A model generated the notes under the pieces. That model was given only the letters and a program-made list of their open reading frames with translations. It searched no databases and was not told where the DNA came from. From Bacilli bacterium (GTDB lineage Bacteria > Bacillota_I > Bacilli_A > RFN20 > CAG-288), in the NCBI GenBank assembly GCA_022652945.1, contig JALCRV010000005.1, positions 83,512-147,511 of the forward strand: a DNA stretch of 64,000 bases, written 5' to 3'. Each line of letters begins with the position of its first letter. The stretch's first letter is position 1. Below are positions 20,254-30,655 of this stretch, one piece after another. The translations under genes and the position numbers were made by a program.

Positions 20254-22008
20254 ATGTTCAATAAAGGGCATCTATATCCTGTGAAAGAAGAAGTGAAGAA
20301 ATTTACTAAAGAGATTCCTTTAAAAGAATATCCCCGGCCGAACCTTGTCAGGAATTCTTATCTTTGTTTAAACGGAACATGGGATTTTTACTTAGGAAAA
20401 GCAGAAACGGCCCCCGGAACTTACACCAGCAAAATCCTCGTGCCTTTCGCCGTAGAATCCCCACTTAGCGGGATAGAAAAATTAGTCGAGCCCGATGAGA
20501 TTATGTGGTACTCCAGGGAGGTAAAAATACCGCCTGAGATGAATGATAAGAACCTCATCCTGCATTTCGATGGTGTCGATCAGGAATGTGAGATTTTTAT
20601 TAATGACGAGTTAAAAGCTACTCACGTCGGAGGTTATACACCTTTCCAATTAGAATTAGGAAAAATCAGCTCTTCTTTTAAACTGACTTTAAAGGTCATC
20701 GACCGGACAGATTTGTCTTATCATACCCGCGGAAAACAGCGTCTAGATCCTCAGAATTCCTGCTTTTATTCTTCCTCCTCAGGAATCTATAAGCCGGTCT
20801 GGTTAGAAGGGGTGGAGGAGGAGTTTATCAAGAATGTCTTTTTCTATCCTTCCTACGATAAAAGAAGCGTGGAAGTCTTAGTGGAAGCTAACTCAACTAA
20901 AGACATCACACTGGAAATTGAAAATCAGAAAACTCTCGTTAAATCCGGGGTCAAAACAGAGATTAAGCTTCTTGCTTTTCATCCTTGGTCGATTGAAGAT
21001 CCTTTCTTATATCAGGTGAAAATAACTCTCGGAAAAGATGAGGTCTCTTCTTATTTCGGAGTGAGAAAAATCTCGAGAGGCGACTATCAAGGCAAAGAAG
21101 CATTTTACTTAAATGACAAACCGTTGATCATCAACGGCCTTTTAGACCAGGGGTACTTCTTTTTAGGAAATCTTACGCCCCGTTCCTATCAGGATTATGA
21201 AAACGACATCAAGAAAGCCAAGGATTTAGGTTTTAACTGCTTAAGGAAGCATGTGAAGATCGAATGCCCGATGTTTTATTATCTGGCGGATAAACTTGGT
21301 ATGCTGCTAATCCAGGATTTTCCTAACGGAGGAAGGCCTTACCGTTTCTTTAATGCGGTGGCTCCGCGCCTCTTCCCTTTTATGGATGAAAAATACCTTA
21401 AAGCGAATAAGTTGGGACGAAAAGAAGAAGCTAGCCAACAGGAGTTTGAAAAAGAATCTGAAGAATACCTGGTACTTCTTAATAATTACCCATCCATTAT
21501 TATCTATACGATTTTTAACGAAGGGTGGGGAGAATTCGCCCCGGAGCAAAATTACAACCGCTTAAAGAAAAAAGAATCCTACCGTCTTTTCGATACCGCT
21601 TCCGGTTGGTACGATACGCCTTTCTCCGATATCTATTCTGTGCACTCTTATGATACGGCTGGCAAACTGCGCCTTGATCACCTGGCGAAGAGACCTTATC
21701 TCCTTTCAGAAATCGGGGGTATCGGTTATAAGGAAAAAGATCACTTCTATTTCGGCTTCCTTTATGGGCATCACGTAGCTTTTAAGAAAGAAAACCTGAA
21801 TAAGAAATACGAGAAATTATATAGAAGAGAGATTATTCCTCTTTTAAAAAAAGGTCTGCTGCAGGGTACGATTTATACTCAGCTAACCGATTGTGAAAGA
21901 GAAGGAAACGGCATTCTGACTTTCGATCGTGTCCTGAAGATCGATGAAGAGCTGATAAAGAGCATCAATAAAGAAATACTAGAGATTCAGCTAAGCAGAA
22001 ATAACTGA
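20254..22008 (+). CDS. Glycoside hydrolase family 2-like protein (sugar-binding domain plus TIM-barrel)
   Basis: The N-terminal GH2 sugar-binding signature is present (LNGTWDF..., LHFDGVDQECEIFINDELKATHVGGYTPFQLEL). The TIM-barrel motifs are NCLRKHVKIE (compare the GH2 N-x-x-R-x-x-H motif) and YTIFNEGWGE (acid/base NE). The start was placed at the Met preceded by AAAGGAGG. Confidence 0.7.
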   Translation: MFNKGHLYPVKEEVKKFTKEIPLKEYPRPNLVRNSYLCLNGTWDFYLGKAETAPGTYTSKILVPFAVESPLSGIEKLVEPDEIMWYSREVKIPPEMNDKNLILHFDGVDQECEIFINDELKATHVGGYTPFQLELGKISSSFKLTLKVIDRTDLSYHTRGKQRLDPQNSCFYSSSSGIYKPVWLEGVEEEFIKNVFFYPSYDKRSVEVLVEANSTKDITLEIENQKTLVKSGVKTEIKLLAFHPWSIEDPFLYQVKITLGKDEVSSYFGVRKISRGDYQGKEAFYLNDKPLIINGLLDQGYFFLGNLTPRSYQDYENDIKKAKDLGFNCLRKHVKIECPMFYYLADKLGMLLIQDFPNGGRPYRFFNAVAPRLFPFMDEKYLKANKLGRKEEASQQEFEKESEEYLVLLNNYPSIIIYTIFNEGWGEFAPEQNYNRLKKKESYRLFDTASGWYDTPFSDIYSVHSYDTAGKLRLDHLAKRPYLLSEIGGIGYKEKDHFYFGFLYGHHVAFKKENLNKKYEKLYRREIIPLLKKGLLQGTIYTQLTDCEREGNGILTFDRVLKIDEELIKSINKEILEIQLSRNN

Positions 22009-22134
22009 CAGGTTTCAATTTGCAATGACATTTTCAGTCCGCAAACAATGAGCGGAAAACAATAGGATTCAGTTTTTTTCCATTTTCAATATTGAGTAAA
22101 TATATAATATATATAAATTAGAAGTTCACTATCC

Positions 22135-24006
22135 ATGGATCAATCAGGGCGCTTTCAAAGCTTAGTCGACAAATACTTGGCTAACATCGACGCTTACATT
22201 AACGCTGATGCGTTTTCGGAACTTCCGTCCTTGAAAGATGAAGAAATCATCCCTTTCATCAGAAAGAGAACTGCTAAATACAAGGAAATCTGCAAGGAAG
22301 ATGATGGAATCATCTCCGAGCTTTTCGGTCAATATAAAAACGGGCAAAAGATCCTCGATGACGAAACAGCTGACAGGTTGGAAAATGCCGCGGACATTTT
22401 CACTTCAAAGTATCCAGCACGTGAATCGGGTTTAGGTTTGGAGATTTATAAGCTCGTTCTAGAAAATGTCTCGGCCCGCAACGATTTCAATAGTAAAATC
22501 CGTCTGCTTTATAAATGTGGTTTGGCAACTTATTATTCGACCAACTCTTCCACGCCTGATGAGAACCCATATTTCAGGCAGTTTTTTAATTACATCGATA
22601 AATATTTCACTTTATCTAAAGAAAGCCGGCTTTATTTTTGCCGGGGCTTAGGTAATACCATCATCGGGCAAAATGAAAAAACGAAAGCTCAGATTTACCA
22701 GTTGTCTTTTGCTTACGGAGATAAAATAATCGCTTTCTTCCAACGGGATGATGTCAGGGCTCTCGATCCGGATTTCCAATTCGATAAATGGATTCTTCTT
22801 ACCCATAAGAATCTAACTACTTTCCTTCAGACTATCCGTATCTATAAAGACATCATTCCCTTAAAGGACCGCGAGAAGACTTTGGAGCATGCGGAATACG
22901 CCTATAGACATGCGGGAGAGTTCTATAAAGCTGACGATCCGATCAAGTTACAGACTGAATACGCTTATTACGCTTCTTTGTTCCATGCCGAGAAAATCAC
23001 CTTAGGTGACCTTTTAGAGAACCTTAATAAGATGCGTCAGCGTCCGACTGGCGATCCTTATTCCCCAGGAAGCATTTATCTAAAATCAAAAATACCAAGT
23101 TACATCATCGAATATTACAGTACATATTCAGATGATAATCCCCAGGTAAAAGTAAGCGAGTACGAAAGAATCTTCAATGAAGTCTTGACTTATCTTCAGG
23201 GCTTAGGCCAACACAAGAATTACACCACCGCTCAAGACGGGATGCTGGCTTTTATTACGGCCTCTTTAGTCGATACTGAATTAGCAACCATCCAGGAACG
23301 TTTGTTCTCTTTAACTATCAAGGTTCACCTTCCGACTTATGCCCATACGAAGATGGTAACAAAGCTTTCCCTCATGCTGGCTAATTATCTCTATGACCAC
23401 CGGCCGGATTATTTTTTGGGATGCAGCGGCTTAGAGACGATGGAAGCGGTCAATAATCCGATTAACAGAAAGGCCTTCTTCGATAATTTCTCAGAGGGCT
23501 GCCTTTTCCACGATATCGGCAAGTATTTCTGCTTGAACGCTATCTCCACCTGCTACCGCAGCCTCAGCCCCAACGAAGAAAAACTGATCAAGATGCACCC
23601 TTGGGATGGGCATGAATTATTCAAAGGGACTAACGATGAACGCAATACCGTCATGGCGGAAATCATTTATTATCACCATCTTTATTACGACCGCTTCGAT
23701 GGTTATCCTTATATCCCGATGAGCGTCAAAATCATCAATAAAAAAGCGGTGGATATCGTCGCTGTCGCGGACTCTTTAGATGCCGCCACCGATAATATAG
23801 GCAAAGCTTACGCTGATGCCGTCTCCTTAGATGATGCTTTAAAGGAATTAAGAGAGGGCGAAGGAACCAGATATTCCCCGGATGTTGTCGATCTTTTCAC
23901 CATTCCAGAGATTTACGAAAAGACCAAGGAAATCCTTGATCAAGAACGTCAAAATATCTATATCACATGCGCTAAGGAAATCATGGAGAACAAGACAAAA
24001 GTCTGA
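22135..24006 (+). CDS. HD-domain protein, HD-GYP-like (degenerate motif), with a large N-terminal domain of unknown function
   Basis: A C-terminal HD domain (FHDIGKYF ... IIYYHHLYYDRFDGYPY ... VADSLDAATD) resembles the HD-GYP signature HHExxDGxGYP, but the Glu is replaced and the spacing is shifted. The preceding ~400 aa show no recognisable domain. Confidence 0.6.
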   Translation: MDQSGRFQSLVDKYLANIDAYINADAFSELPSLKDEEIIPFIRKRTAKYKEICKEDDGIISELFGQYKNGQKILDDETADRLENAADIFTSKYPARESGLGLEIYKLVLENVSARNDFNSKIRLLYKCGLATYYSTNSSTPDENPYFRQFFNYIDKYFTLSKESRLYFCRGLGNTIIGQNEKTKAQIYQLSFAYGDKIIAFFQRDDVRALDPDFQFDKWILLTHKNLTTFLQTIRIYKDIIPLKDREKTLEHAEYAYRHAGEFYKADDPIKLQTEYAYYASLFHAEKITLGDLLENLNKMRQRPTGDPYSPGSIYLKSKIPSYIIEYYSTYSDDNPQVKVSEYERIFNEVLTYLQGLGQHKNYTTAQDGMLAFITASLVDTELATIQERLFSLTIKVHLPTYAHTKMVTKLSLMLANYLYDHRPDYFLGCSGLETMEAVNNPINRKAFFDNFSEGCLFHDIGKYFCLNAISTCYRSLSPNEEKLIKMHPWDGHELFKGTNDERNTVMAEIIYYHHLYYDRFDGYPYIPMSVKIINKKAVDIVAVADSLDAATDNIGKAYADAVSLDDALKELREGEGTRYSPDVVDLFTIPEIYEKTKEILDQERQNIYITCAKEIMENKTKV

Positions 24007-24015
24007 TTTCTGTTT

Positions 24016-24438
24016 TTAAAGTTGGGCGACAATTTCCAGCAGGTCTTTTTCCGAGGAATAATAAATCTTCTTGAAAGTATCATCCCCAGCGATCATCGCT
24101 GAAAGTTTTTTGTTGCGAGTGATGTCATAAAGGACCACGACCGGTTTCCGGTGAGCTTCCGCATAAGCTAATTCATAACCGACACCTAAGGAAGGAGTCG
24201 AGCATTCAGCTATCACCAGATCGCATTGATCCAGCAAAGTCCGATCGCGGAGATAGATATATTTATCAGTCTTCCCATCTTCGAATTTATTCAGATCAGC
24301 CAAACCGATATGTTCGGTCAATACATCGTATTTCAGTTTCAGGATATCGATGATCTTATTATAAATAACAGCATCTTCTCTCCCACCGCGGATCGAACCG
24401 GAGAAATAGACCTGCTTTTTAGTAGATTCAGTTGGCAT
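24016..24438 (-). CDS. 2'-deoxynucleoside 5'-phosphate N-hydrolase (DNPH1/Rcl)-like, nucleoside 2-deoxyribosyltransferase superfamily
   Basis: QVYFSGSIRGGREDAVIYNKII...VLTEHIG...DLVIAECSTPSLGVGYELAYA...KPVVVLY...KLSAMI matches the DNPH1/Rcl motifs YFCGSIRGGRED, VLTEHV, AEVTQPSLGVGYELG and LSAMI almost residue for residue. Confidence 0.8.
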   Translation of the reverse strand: MPTESTKKQVYFSGSIRGGREDAVIYNKIIDILKLKYDVLTEHIGLADLNKFEDGKTDKYIYLRDRTLLDQCDLVIAECSTPSLGVGYELAYAEAHRKPVVVLYDITRNKKLSAMIAGDDTFKKIYYSSEKDLLEIVAQL

Positions 24439-24449
24439 AACTTGCCCTC

Positions 24450-25148
24450 CTATTTTTGATTCTGACCTTTATCGCCATTAGGAATCGGTCTTTTTTCCGT
24501 ATGCCGATGGAAAAAGAAACGCTTTTTAGGTTCAGTTGGTTTCGGGCTAGGAGTAAAACCTCCTCCCTGAGTCGGCAACGACTGAGTCGAAGGATCGAGA
24601 TTTTCCGAGACATGCTCTTTCTCATGATAATAAGTCGGCTGAGGGTTCTTATTAAAACTGCTTCCATTCTGGCTCTCTTCGTCCTGATAAGAATGGTTAT
24701 TCATTTCCCTCTGCTGCTTTTCTTCTTTAGCTTTGACTTTCTGCTTATATTCATAAGCCTTCATGTTCATTAAAGCCTGAACACACTGATCGTTTTCCCC
24801 TCTTAAAAGCATCTGACGTTTCTGCACGACATCAAAAAAGGTATCGGAATCCAAATGGCCGATAACATTGATATCCGTCTTCAGGAACATATAGATATTG
24901 TTGCAGTAACAGAAGGAATCTTTTTCCAAGAAAGGATTCTTAACCTTCAGAATCGGGACTTGCCTGGTTGATTGTTTAGAGTTAGAGGTGATCAGCAAAG
25001 CGAGGATATTAGTCTCACCTTGCAGATTCGGATCGAGGGCTTGATCGTAAATACAAACGAAAGGATGGGCGAGCATTTTTTTCGTGAACGGGTCATAATT
25101 CTTCGCGGTGAAGACAGTCCCGGGGTAGATAAAATTATTCTTTTCCAT
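24450..25148 (-). CDS. Hypothetical protein with a structured N-terminal ~120 aa and a low-complexity Q/E/K/P-rich tail
   Basis: A 232-aa ORF. The N-terminus (FIYPGTVFTAKNYDPFTKKMLAHPFVCIYD...NILALLITSNSK) is vaguely PemK/MazF-like, which is only a tentative impression. The C-terminal ~110 aa are disordered (EEKQQREMNNHSYQDEESQNGSS...). It sits between the DNPH1-like gene and dut. Confidence 0.35.
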   Translation of the reverse strand: MEKNNFIYPGTVFTAKNYDPFTKKMLAHPFVCIYDQALDPNLQGETNILALLITSNSKQSTRQVPILKVKNPFLEKDSFCYCNNIYMFLKTDINVIGHLDSDTFFDVVQKRQMLLRGENDQCVQALMNMKAYEYKQKVKAKEEKQQREMNNHSYQDEESQNGSSFNKNPQPTYYHEKEHVSENLDPSTQSLPTQGGGFTPSPKPTEPKKRFFFHRHTEKRPIPNGDKGQNQK

Positions 25149-25250
25149 CTTTCGGTTAGCTTTTCCCCTTCATGATGATTATATCCGTTTTGCTTACTTC
25201 ATGAAAGTGCCCATGAAAATGGGAGAAATAAAAAGGAAAAATGAAAAGTA

Positions 25251-25694
25251 TTACTTAGTTCCCGTCGAGCCATAGCCGCCGATGCGTTCACCTTGAGCCT
25301 TGTCGTCATCAGTAATCTCGTACTTCATAAAGATTCCCTGAGCTACCCTTTCGCCTTTCAGCAAAGTCACACTTTTAGCAGAAAAATTATAAAGCGGGAT
25401 CATTATATGCCCATCGTTAGAAGGATTGGAGAAATAGTCCGCATCGATCACCGCGACTGAATTAGTAAGTCTTAAGCCACGCTTAACCGCTAAGGAACTG
25501 CGCGGAAATATCAGCAGAACGTCATCCTTTTCCATCTGAGCCTTCACTCCGGTCTGAATCAGGACTGAACTGCCTGGAAGGATTGTCACCTCTTCTAAGG
25601 TCATAAAATCATAACCAGCGGAATAAGCTGTCGAGCGAACAGGTAAAACCACACCCCTGTCCTCAAAGCCTTTGACAACCATGAATTTTCTCAT
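25251..25694 (-). CDS. dut: dUTP diphosphatase (trimeric dUTPase)
   Basis: The dUTPase motifs are present: YSAGYDF, IFPRSSLAVKRGL, AVIDADY, and a C-terminal GERIAQG-like segment. The product is 147 aa. Confidence 0.85.
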   Translation of the reverse strand: MRKFMVVKGFEDRGVVLPVRSTAYSAGYDFMTLEEVTILPGSSVLIQTGVKAQMEKDDVLLIFPRSSLAVKRGLRLTNSVAVIDADYFSNPSNDGHIMIPLYNFSAKSVTLLKGERVAQGIFMKYEITDDDKAQGERIGGYGSTGTK

Positions 25695-25744
25695 CTTAAA
25701 ACCCCTTTACTAATATATAAAATAAACGCCTTGCAAACAATCGC

Positions 25745-27292
25745 CTACTTGCTTTCGTCTTCCCAGCCTTGGCACATTCTGACAGCTTTATGCCACTTAT
25801 TCAGATACTTCTTTCTTTCTTCATCTGCCATCTTCGGGCGGAAAATCTTATCCTTAGTTTCCAAAGTCTTAATCTCCGGAAGATTCTTGAATTCCCCGAC
25901 CGCTAAGCCCGCTAAGTAAGCCGCGCCTAAAGCCGTGGTCTCATTAGTCTTGCCACGGATGGCTCTAACCGAAGCAATATCAGCTTGGAACTGCATCAGG
26001 AAATCGTTGCGGGAAGCCCCGCCATCGACTTTCATATTCTTGATTGGAATCCCCGTATCCTGGCTCATCGCATCGATCAAATCAGTCACCTGATAAGCGA
26101 TGGATTCCAAGGAAGCACGGATCAGATGGCAACGATCGGTGCCACGGGTAATGCCAAAGATCGTGCCGCGGGAATACATATCCCAGTAAGGAGCGCCTAA
26201 GCCGGTAAAAGCCGGAACGATATAAACCCCGCCGTTATCCTTGCATTTCGAAGCGAAATATTCCGAATCGGTCGCATCGACGATAAACCTCAGTTGATCT
26301 CTGACCCATTGGATTACCGCGCCACCGACGAAGACGGAACCTTCTAAAGCGTAATCAGGTCTCCCGCGAGAATCAACAGAAGCGGCGATAGTCGTGACCA
26401 AGCCATGCTTAGAAAAGCAAAGCTTATTGCCGATATTCATCAGTAAGAAACAGCCGGTGCCGTAAGTTGTCTTCACGTCACCTTTCCGGAAGCAGGTCTG
26501 GCCGAACAAAGCGGCCTGCTGATCACCCGCGACTCCGGCGATCGGAATCTCCGTATCGAAGATGGAAACGAATCCGAAAATCGAAGAGGAAGGTTTCACT
26601 TCCGGCAGCATGCACATCGGGATTTTAAAATAATCGCAGAGTTTCTTATCCCAAGTCAAAGTGTTGATGTTAAAAAGCATCGTTCTTGAGGCGTTGGTGT
26701 AATCGGTCGCGAAGACTTTTCCACCCGTCAGTTTCCAAATCAGCCAAGTATCGACAGTCCCGAATAACAAATCGCCTTTTTCCGCTCTTTCTCTGACCCC
26801 CGGGACATTATCGAGAATCCACTTGATTTTCGTCGCCGAAAAATAGGCATCGAGAACAAGGCCGGTTGTCTGTTTGATGTAATCAGCTAAGCCATCTTTT
26901 CTGACTTGCTCAACAATCGGAGCGGTTCGACGGCACTGCCAGACAATCGCGTTATAGACGGGCTTACCAGTATGTTTATCCCAGACGATCGTCGTTTCAC
27001 GTTGATTGGTGATTCCGATGCCCTTAATGTGGTAAGGACGGATGCCGCACTGGGCAATCGCTTCGATCATCACTGAATACTGTGAAGCGTAAATCTCCAT
27101 CGGATCATGCTCAACCCAGCCGGGCTGAGGGAAAATCTGCTTGAATTCTTTTTGGACTACCTGGACAACCTGACCTTCGTTATCAAAGACCACCGCTCTT
27201 GAGGAAGTGGTGCCTTGATCCAAAGCAATCAGATATCTTCTTTTCTTGCCGGAAGGCAAAACATTATCTTTTTCAGGAGCCTCCATTTTCAA
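25745..27292 (-). CDS. glpK: Glycerol kinase
   Basis: [22 protein letters not shown] is the FGGY N-terminal sugar-kinase motif, and GlpK-like similarity runs across the 515 aa. About 20 extra N-terminal residues suggest the true start may be slightly downstream. Confidence 0.9.
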   Translation of the reverse strand: MKMEAPEKDNVLPSGKKRRYLIALDQGTTSSRAVVFDNEGQVVQVVQKEFKQIFPQPGWVEHDPMEIYASQYSVMIEAIAQCGIRPYHIKGIGITNQRETTIVWDKHTGKPVYNAIVWQCRRTAPIVEQVRKDGLADYIKQTTGLVLDAYFSATKIKWILDNVPGVRERAEKGDLLFGTVDTWLIWKLTGGKVFATDYTNASRTMLFNINTLTWDKKLCDYFKIPMCMLPEVKPSSSIFGFVSIFDTEIPIAGVAGDQQAALFGQTCFRKGDVKTTYGTGCFLLMNIGNKLCFSKHGLVTTIAASVDSRGRPDYALEGSVFVGGAVIQWVRDQLRFIVDATDSEYFASKCKDNGGVYIVPAFTGLGAPYWDMYSRGTIFGITRGTDRCHLIRASLESIAYQVTDLIDAMSQDTGIPIKNMKVDGGASRNDFLMQFQADIASVRAIRGKTNETTALGAAYLAGLAVGEFKNLPEIKTLETKDKIFRPKMADEERKKYLNKWHKAVRMCQGWEDESK

Positions 27293-27651
27293 TCCTCCTT
27301 ATTAGGAAGGATGTTCTTGGTGGCTACAATATCCACCCCGGACTCCAAGACGTTTTTAATTACGATATCCCCGATTTTCACCGGCGCTTTCAGTTCAACG
27401 CTATCCAGAGCCTTCATAACTTCGAAAATCAATTTTTTAGAGATAGGCTTATTCGTCTTAACGGAAACACGCGCAAATTCCCCACCGACGACCTTGACTG
27501 TAGAAGTGACAGTCCTCACCGGATTAGTCACTTCGGAAATCCCGTAAGCCGCCCCGCGGGGGCAGGTGTTCCCTTTAACTGTCAATTTCTCCGTATCGAC
27601 TTCCAGATGGCAGCCGCGCGGACAATTGATGCAAATCATTTCCTTTATCAT
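27289..27651 (-). CDS. DUF1667-domain protein (small Cys-rich partner of GlpA-like oxidoreductases)
   Basis: A 120-aa protein with CINCPRGC...GNTCPRG Cys motifs. It lies between the oxidoreductase pair and glpK, as in the glycerol-3-phosphate dehydrogenase clusters of anaerobic Firmicutes. Confidence 0.7.
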   Translation of the reverse strand: MIKEMICINCPRGCHLEVDTEKLTVKGNTCPRGAAYGISEVTNPVRTVTSTVKVVGGEFARVSVKTNKPISKKLIFEVMKALDSVELKAPVKIGDIVIKNVLESGVDIVATKNILPNKED

Positions 27652-28928
27652 TATTTCTGTCCCTCCTGAAGTAAAGAAACAGTCAGTTCGCTGTAGTCTT
27701 TCATATCAGTTTTCTTGATTCTGATGCTTTCCATCTCGGAAGGCACGACTCTTAGGCGCGGGAAGGAAAGGATTTCCTTGCCCTCAGCCGTGACTTTAAT
27801 CTTCACTTGACCAGTCGGACGGCGGACACGGAAGAAAAGATCAACATAATCGGTAACTAAATCGCGGCGGATGAACTGCGGGCAAAGATACCCGATGCCA
27901 TCCCCCGGAACCGCCTTAACCAAAGAAACTTCTTTCTGGCCATTGCTAATATAATCCGCTGCGTTTTTGCCGGCTCTTTCGCCTTCCGCCGAAACATTAT
28001 CGACCAAATCGTGGACTTGGAGGACATTGCCGCAGGCAAAGATGCCATCAACCGTGGTCTCTAAGTTATCGCAGACGACCGGTCCTTTCGTACGATTATC
28101 AAGTTCGACTCCGGCTTTCTTCGAAAGTTCATTTTCCGGAATCAAGCCGACGGAGAGTAAAAGACAATCGCAATCGAAAGTGATTTCACTTCCCGGAATG
28201 GGTTTATTATGCTCATCGACTTTGGAAATCACGACCTGCTTAACTCTCTTATTCCTGTCATCGGAGATGATATCGGTGACAGTGTGGGATAAGTAAAGCG
28301 GAATATCATAGTCGTTAAGGCACTGGACGATATTACGATTAAGGCCATTAGAATACGGGCACAGTTCAACATCAGCTAAGACCTTGGCTCCTTCCAACGT
28401 CATACGTCGAGCCATGATCAAACCGATATCGCCCGAGCCTAAGATCACGATTCTCTTGCCGACCAGATAACCATCGATATTGCAGTATTTCTGAGCGGCG
28501 CCAGCGGTATAGATTCCCGCACAACGATCGCCGGGAATCGCGATTGCGCCACGGCTTCTTTCACGGCAACCCATCGCTAAGATAATCGCCTTGCCGTGGA
28601 TTTTCCTATAGCCTTCTTTAGCGGACACGACCGTGACGAAATGATCTTTCGACAGATCGATCGCCATCGTATCGGAAGCGATTTTCACTGAAGTATCAGC
28701 GAGCATTTTAATATAGCGATCTGCATATTCCGGACCGGTCAGTTCTTCTTTAAAACGATGGAGACCGAAGCCGTTATGGATGCACTGGTTTAAAATTCCA
28801 CCCAAGTGATCATCACGTTCGATAATCAGGATATCTTTTAACCCAGCAGCATAGGCGCCGTAAGCGGCTGCTAAACCAGCAGGCCCGCCGCCTATGATCA
28901 CCAGATCATGGTTTTCAATTTCTATCAT
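27651..28928 (-). CDS. NAD(P)/FAD-dependent pyridine nucleotide-disulfide oxidoreductase, glycerol-3-P dehydrogenase complex partner
   Basis: Two Rossmann GxGxxG motifs are present (VIIGGGPAGLAAA, and a second ILGSGDIGLIMA). The start was placed at MIEIENHD, which is preceded by GGAGGG. The track ORF starts 9 codons upstream, at 28955. Confidence 0.75.
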   Translation of the reverse strand: MIEIENHDLVIIGGGPAGLAAAYGAYAAGLKDILIIERDDHLGGILNQCIHNGFGLHRFKEELTGPEYADRYIKMLADTSVKIASDTMAIDLSKDHFVTVVSAKEGYRKIHGKAIILAMGCRERSRGAIAIPGDRCAGIYTAGAAQKYCNIDGYLVGKRIVILGSGDIGLIMARRMTLEGAKVLADVELCPYSNGLNRNIVQCLNDYDIPLYLSHTVTDIISDDRNKRVKQVVISKVDEHNKPIPGSEITFDCDCLLLSVGLIPENELSKKAGVELDNRTKGPVVCDNLETTVDGIFACGNVLQVHDLVDNVSAEGERAGKNAADYISNGQKEVSLVKAVPGDGIGYLCPQFIRRDLVTDYVDLFFRVRRPTGQVKIKVTAEGKEILSFPRLRVVPSEMESIRIKKTDMKDYSELTVSLLQEGQK

Positions 28929-28930
28929 GT

Positions 28931-30391
28931 TTATTTGCCCTCCTTGGTTTCGCATAAGGCGATCGAAGAGCCTTCAACATCCTGGAAGACCTGATCGAAA
29001 GGCAGGTTGAATTCCTTCTTCAGCAAAGCGAAAATCTTCGGACCGCAGAAGCCACCTTGGCAGCGACCCATGCCGGAATTTGTTCTTCTCTTGATGGCAT
29101 CGATTGTCCTGCCCGGGATAATCCCGTGCATCGCCTGAAGGATTTCTCCTTCCGTGACGGTCTCGCAACGGCAGATAACTCTGCCAAAGTGCGGATCGGC
29201 AGCGATAACCTTTTCTTTCTCTTCTTCGGTCATCTCCGAGAAATAATCAGGGAGCGGACAATATACAAACTTTCCTTTCTCTTTCATCTTTAATCCGGCG
29301 TGCTCCAATAAACTGACAGCTTCCAAGCCGAAAGCCGGACCGCAGGAAAGACCCGGGGATTTAATACCAGCGAAATTGATGAAGCCTTTAATCAAAGAGG
29401 ATTCCTCGATGAGGAAATCATCGTGGTCTTTTAAGGTAGCGCGGACACCAGCGAAGTTACGGATATTAGAAGTGAAGGCTAAATCCGGAATCGAGAGGAG
29501 CGCCATCTCACGGATGTAGTCCATATTCTTCTGGACGGAACCGGTATCGTCTTTCGAGCCGACTTCAAAATCCGCATTCGGACCGACGATTAAGTTTTGA
29601 TGGACAGTCGGAGCGACCAAAACGCCCTTGCCTCTTTCAGTCGGGGTCTGGAAGACGACGGATTTAACCATCGAGCCCTGATCCTTATCCAGGAGATAAT
29701 ACTCGCCTTTACAAGGGAGGATCGTAAATGACTGTTCAGCTTTATCTTTCAAAATAAGCTTATAGATATCATCAGCGTGAGTGCCGGCACAATTGATTAT
29801 GTAACTGGCCTCGACTAAGCCTTGGGTGGTCTTAATCCGGAAAGCACCCATTTTTCCATCGATATCTTCAACCCCGGCGTTCAGCATCAGATTCACGCCG
29901 TTATAAACAGCAGTCTGCGCTAAGGCCAAAGCCAATTCCCAAGGTGAGACAATGGCGGCTGAAGGAGCGTAAAGTGCATAATCGCAGTCTTTGTTGATAT
30001 GACGATCGATATCGTGGACAGCTTGCTGAGTGCGGAGGATTTTCAAACCCTTGACCCCGTTTGCGATGCCGCGGTCAAATAAGGTATTGATGACCTTATG
30101 ATCCGCTTCGGTCCGCCCGATGACTACCGAGCCGATCTGCTTATAGTGAAAATTAAGTTTAGGAGCTAAATCATGTATTAAAGCGGAGCCTAAGACATTG
30201 AGCCTGGCCATATTGGTCCCAGGTTTAGGATCGTATCCAGCGTGGATAATTGCGGAATTAGCTTTGGTTGTCTTCATCGAGACGTCGTTCTCTCTTTCGA
30301 TGATGACAGCCTTGATATCGTACTTGGCTAATTCAAAGGCGATTGAAGCACCTGTGATACCGCATCCGATGATTGCTACATCGTATTTCAT
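28931..30391 (-). CDS. glpA: FAD-dependent oxidoreductase, GlpA-like anaerobic glycerol-3-phosphate dehydrogenase with a C-terminal BFD-like [2Fe-2S] domain
   Basis: An N-terminal dinucleotide fold (MKYDVAIIGCGITGASIAFELAKY) is followed by a C-terminal Cys cluster (CRCETVTEGEILQ...CQGGFCGP). Confidence 0.75.
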   Translation of the reverse strand: MKYDVAIIGCGITGASIAFELAKYDIKAVIIERENDVSMKTTKANSAIIHAGYDPKPGTNMARLNVLGSALIHDLAPKLNFHYKQIGSVVIGRTEADHKVINTLFDRGIANGVKGLKILRTQQAVHDIDRHINKDCDYALYAPSAAIVSPWELALALAQTAVYNGVNLMLNAGVEDIDGKMGAFRIKTTQGLVEASYIINCAGTHADDIYKLILKDKAEQSFTILPCKGEYYLLDKDQGSMVKSVVFQTPTERGKGVLVAPTVHQNLIVGPNADFEVGSKDDTGSVQKNMDYIREMALLSIPDLAFTSNIRNFAGVRATLKDHDDFLIEESSLIKGFINFAGIKSPGLSCGPAFGLEAVSLLEHAGLKMKEKGKFVYCPLPDYFSEMTEEEKEKVIAADPHFGRVICRCETVTEGEILQAMHGIIPGRTIDAIKRRTNSGMGRCQGGFCGPKIFALLKKEFNLPFDQVFQDVEGSSIALCETKEGK

Positions 30392-30655
30392 GTTATCAAG
30401 ACCTTTCTAAAGTAAATTATAAGACGGTGCCTTAATTAACTCAATAAAAAGGGTGAAAGCGCATACAGAAAAAACAAGAAAATAAGAAAAATAAGCAATT
30501 TTTGGCTCCCTAGTCCCTTAAGAGACATAAAAGACAGACATAAAAAGGCCCGCTTTAACAAAGGTCTTCTGCTTCCTGAAAGTAAGACACTTAAAAAGAG
30601 ATACATATGATAGAATAAAGCAGAATCAAAATATAAAGGCATTTAAAAATATTTT

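Noticed and set aside
27289-27292. Possible glpK N-terminal extension ([19 protein letters not shown]) before the conserved [10 protein letters not shown] start region
   Set aside because: The true start cannot be resolved without an alignment. The track coordinates were kept, and the uncertainty is noted in the feature.
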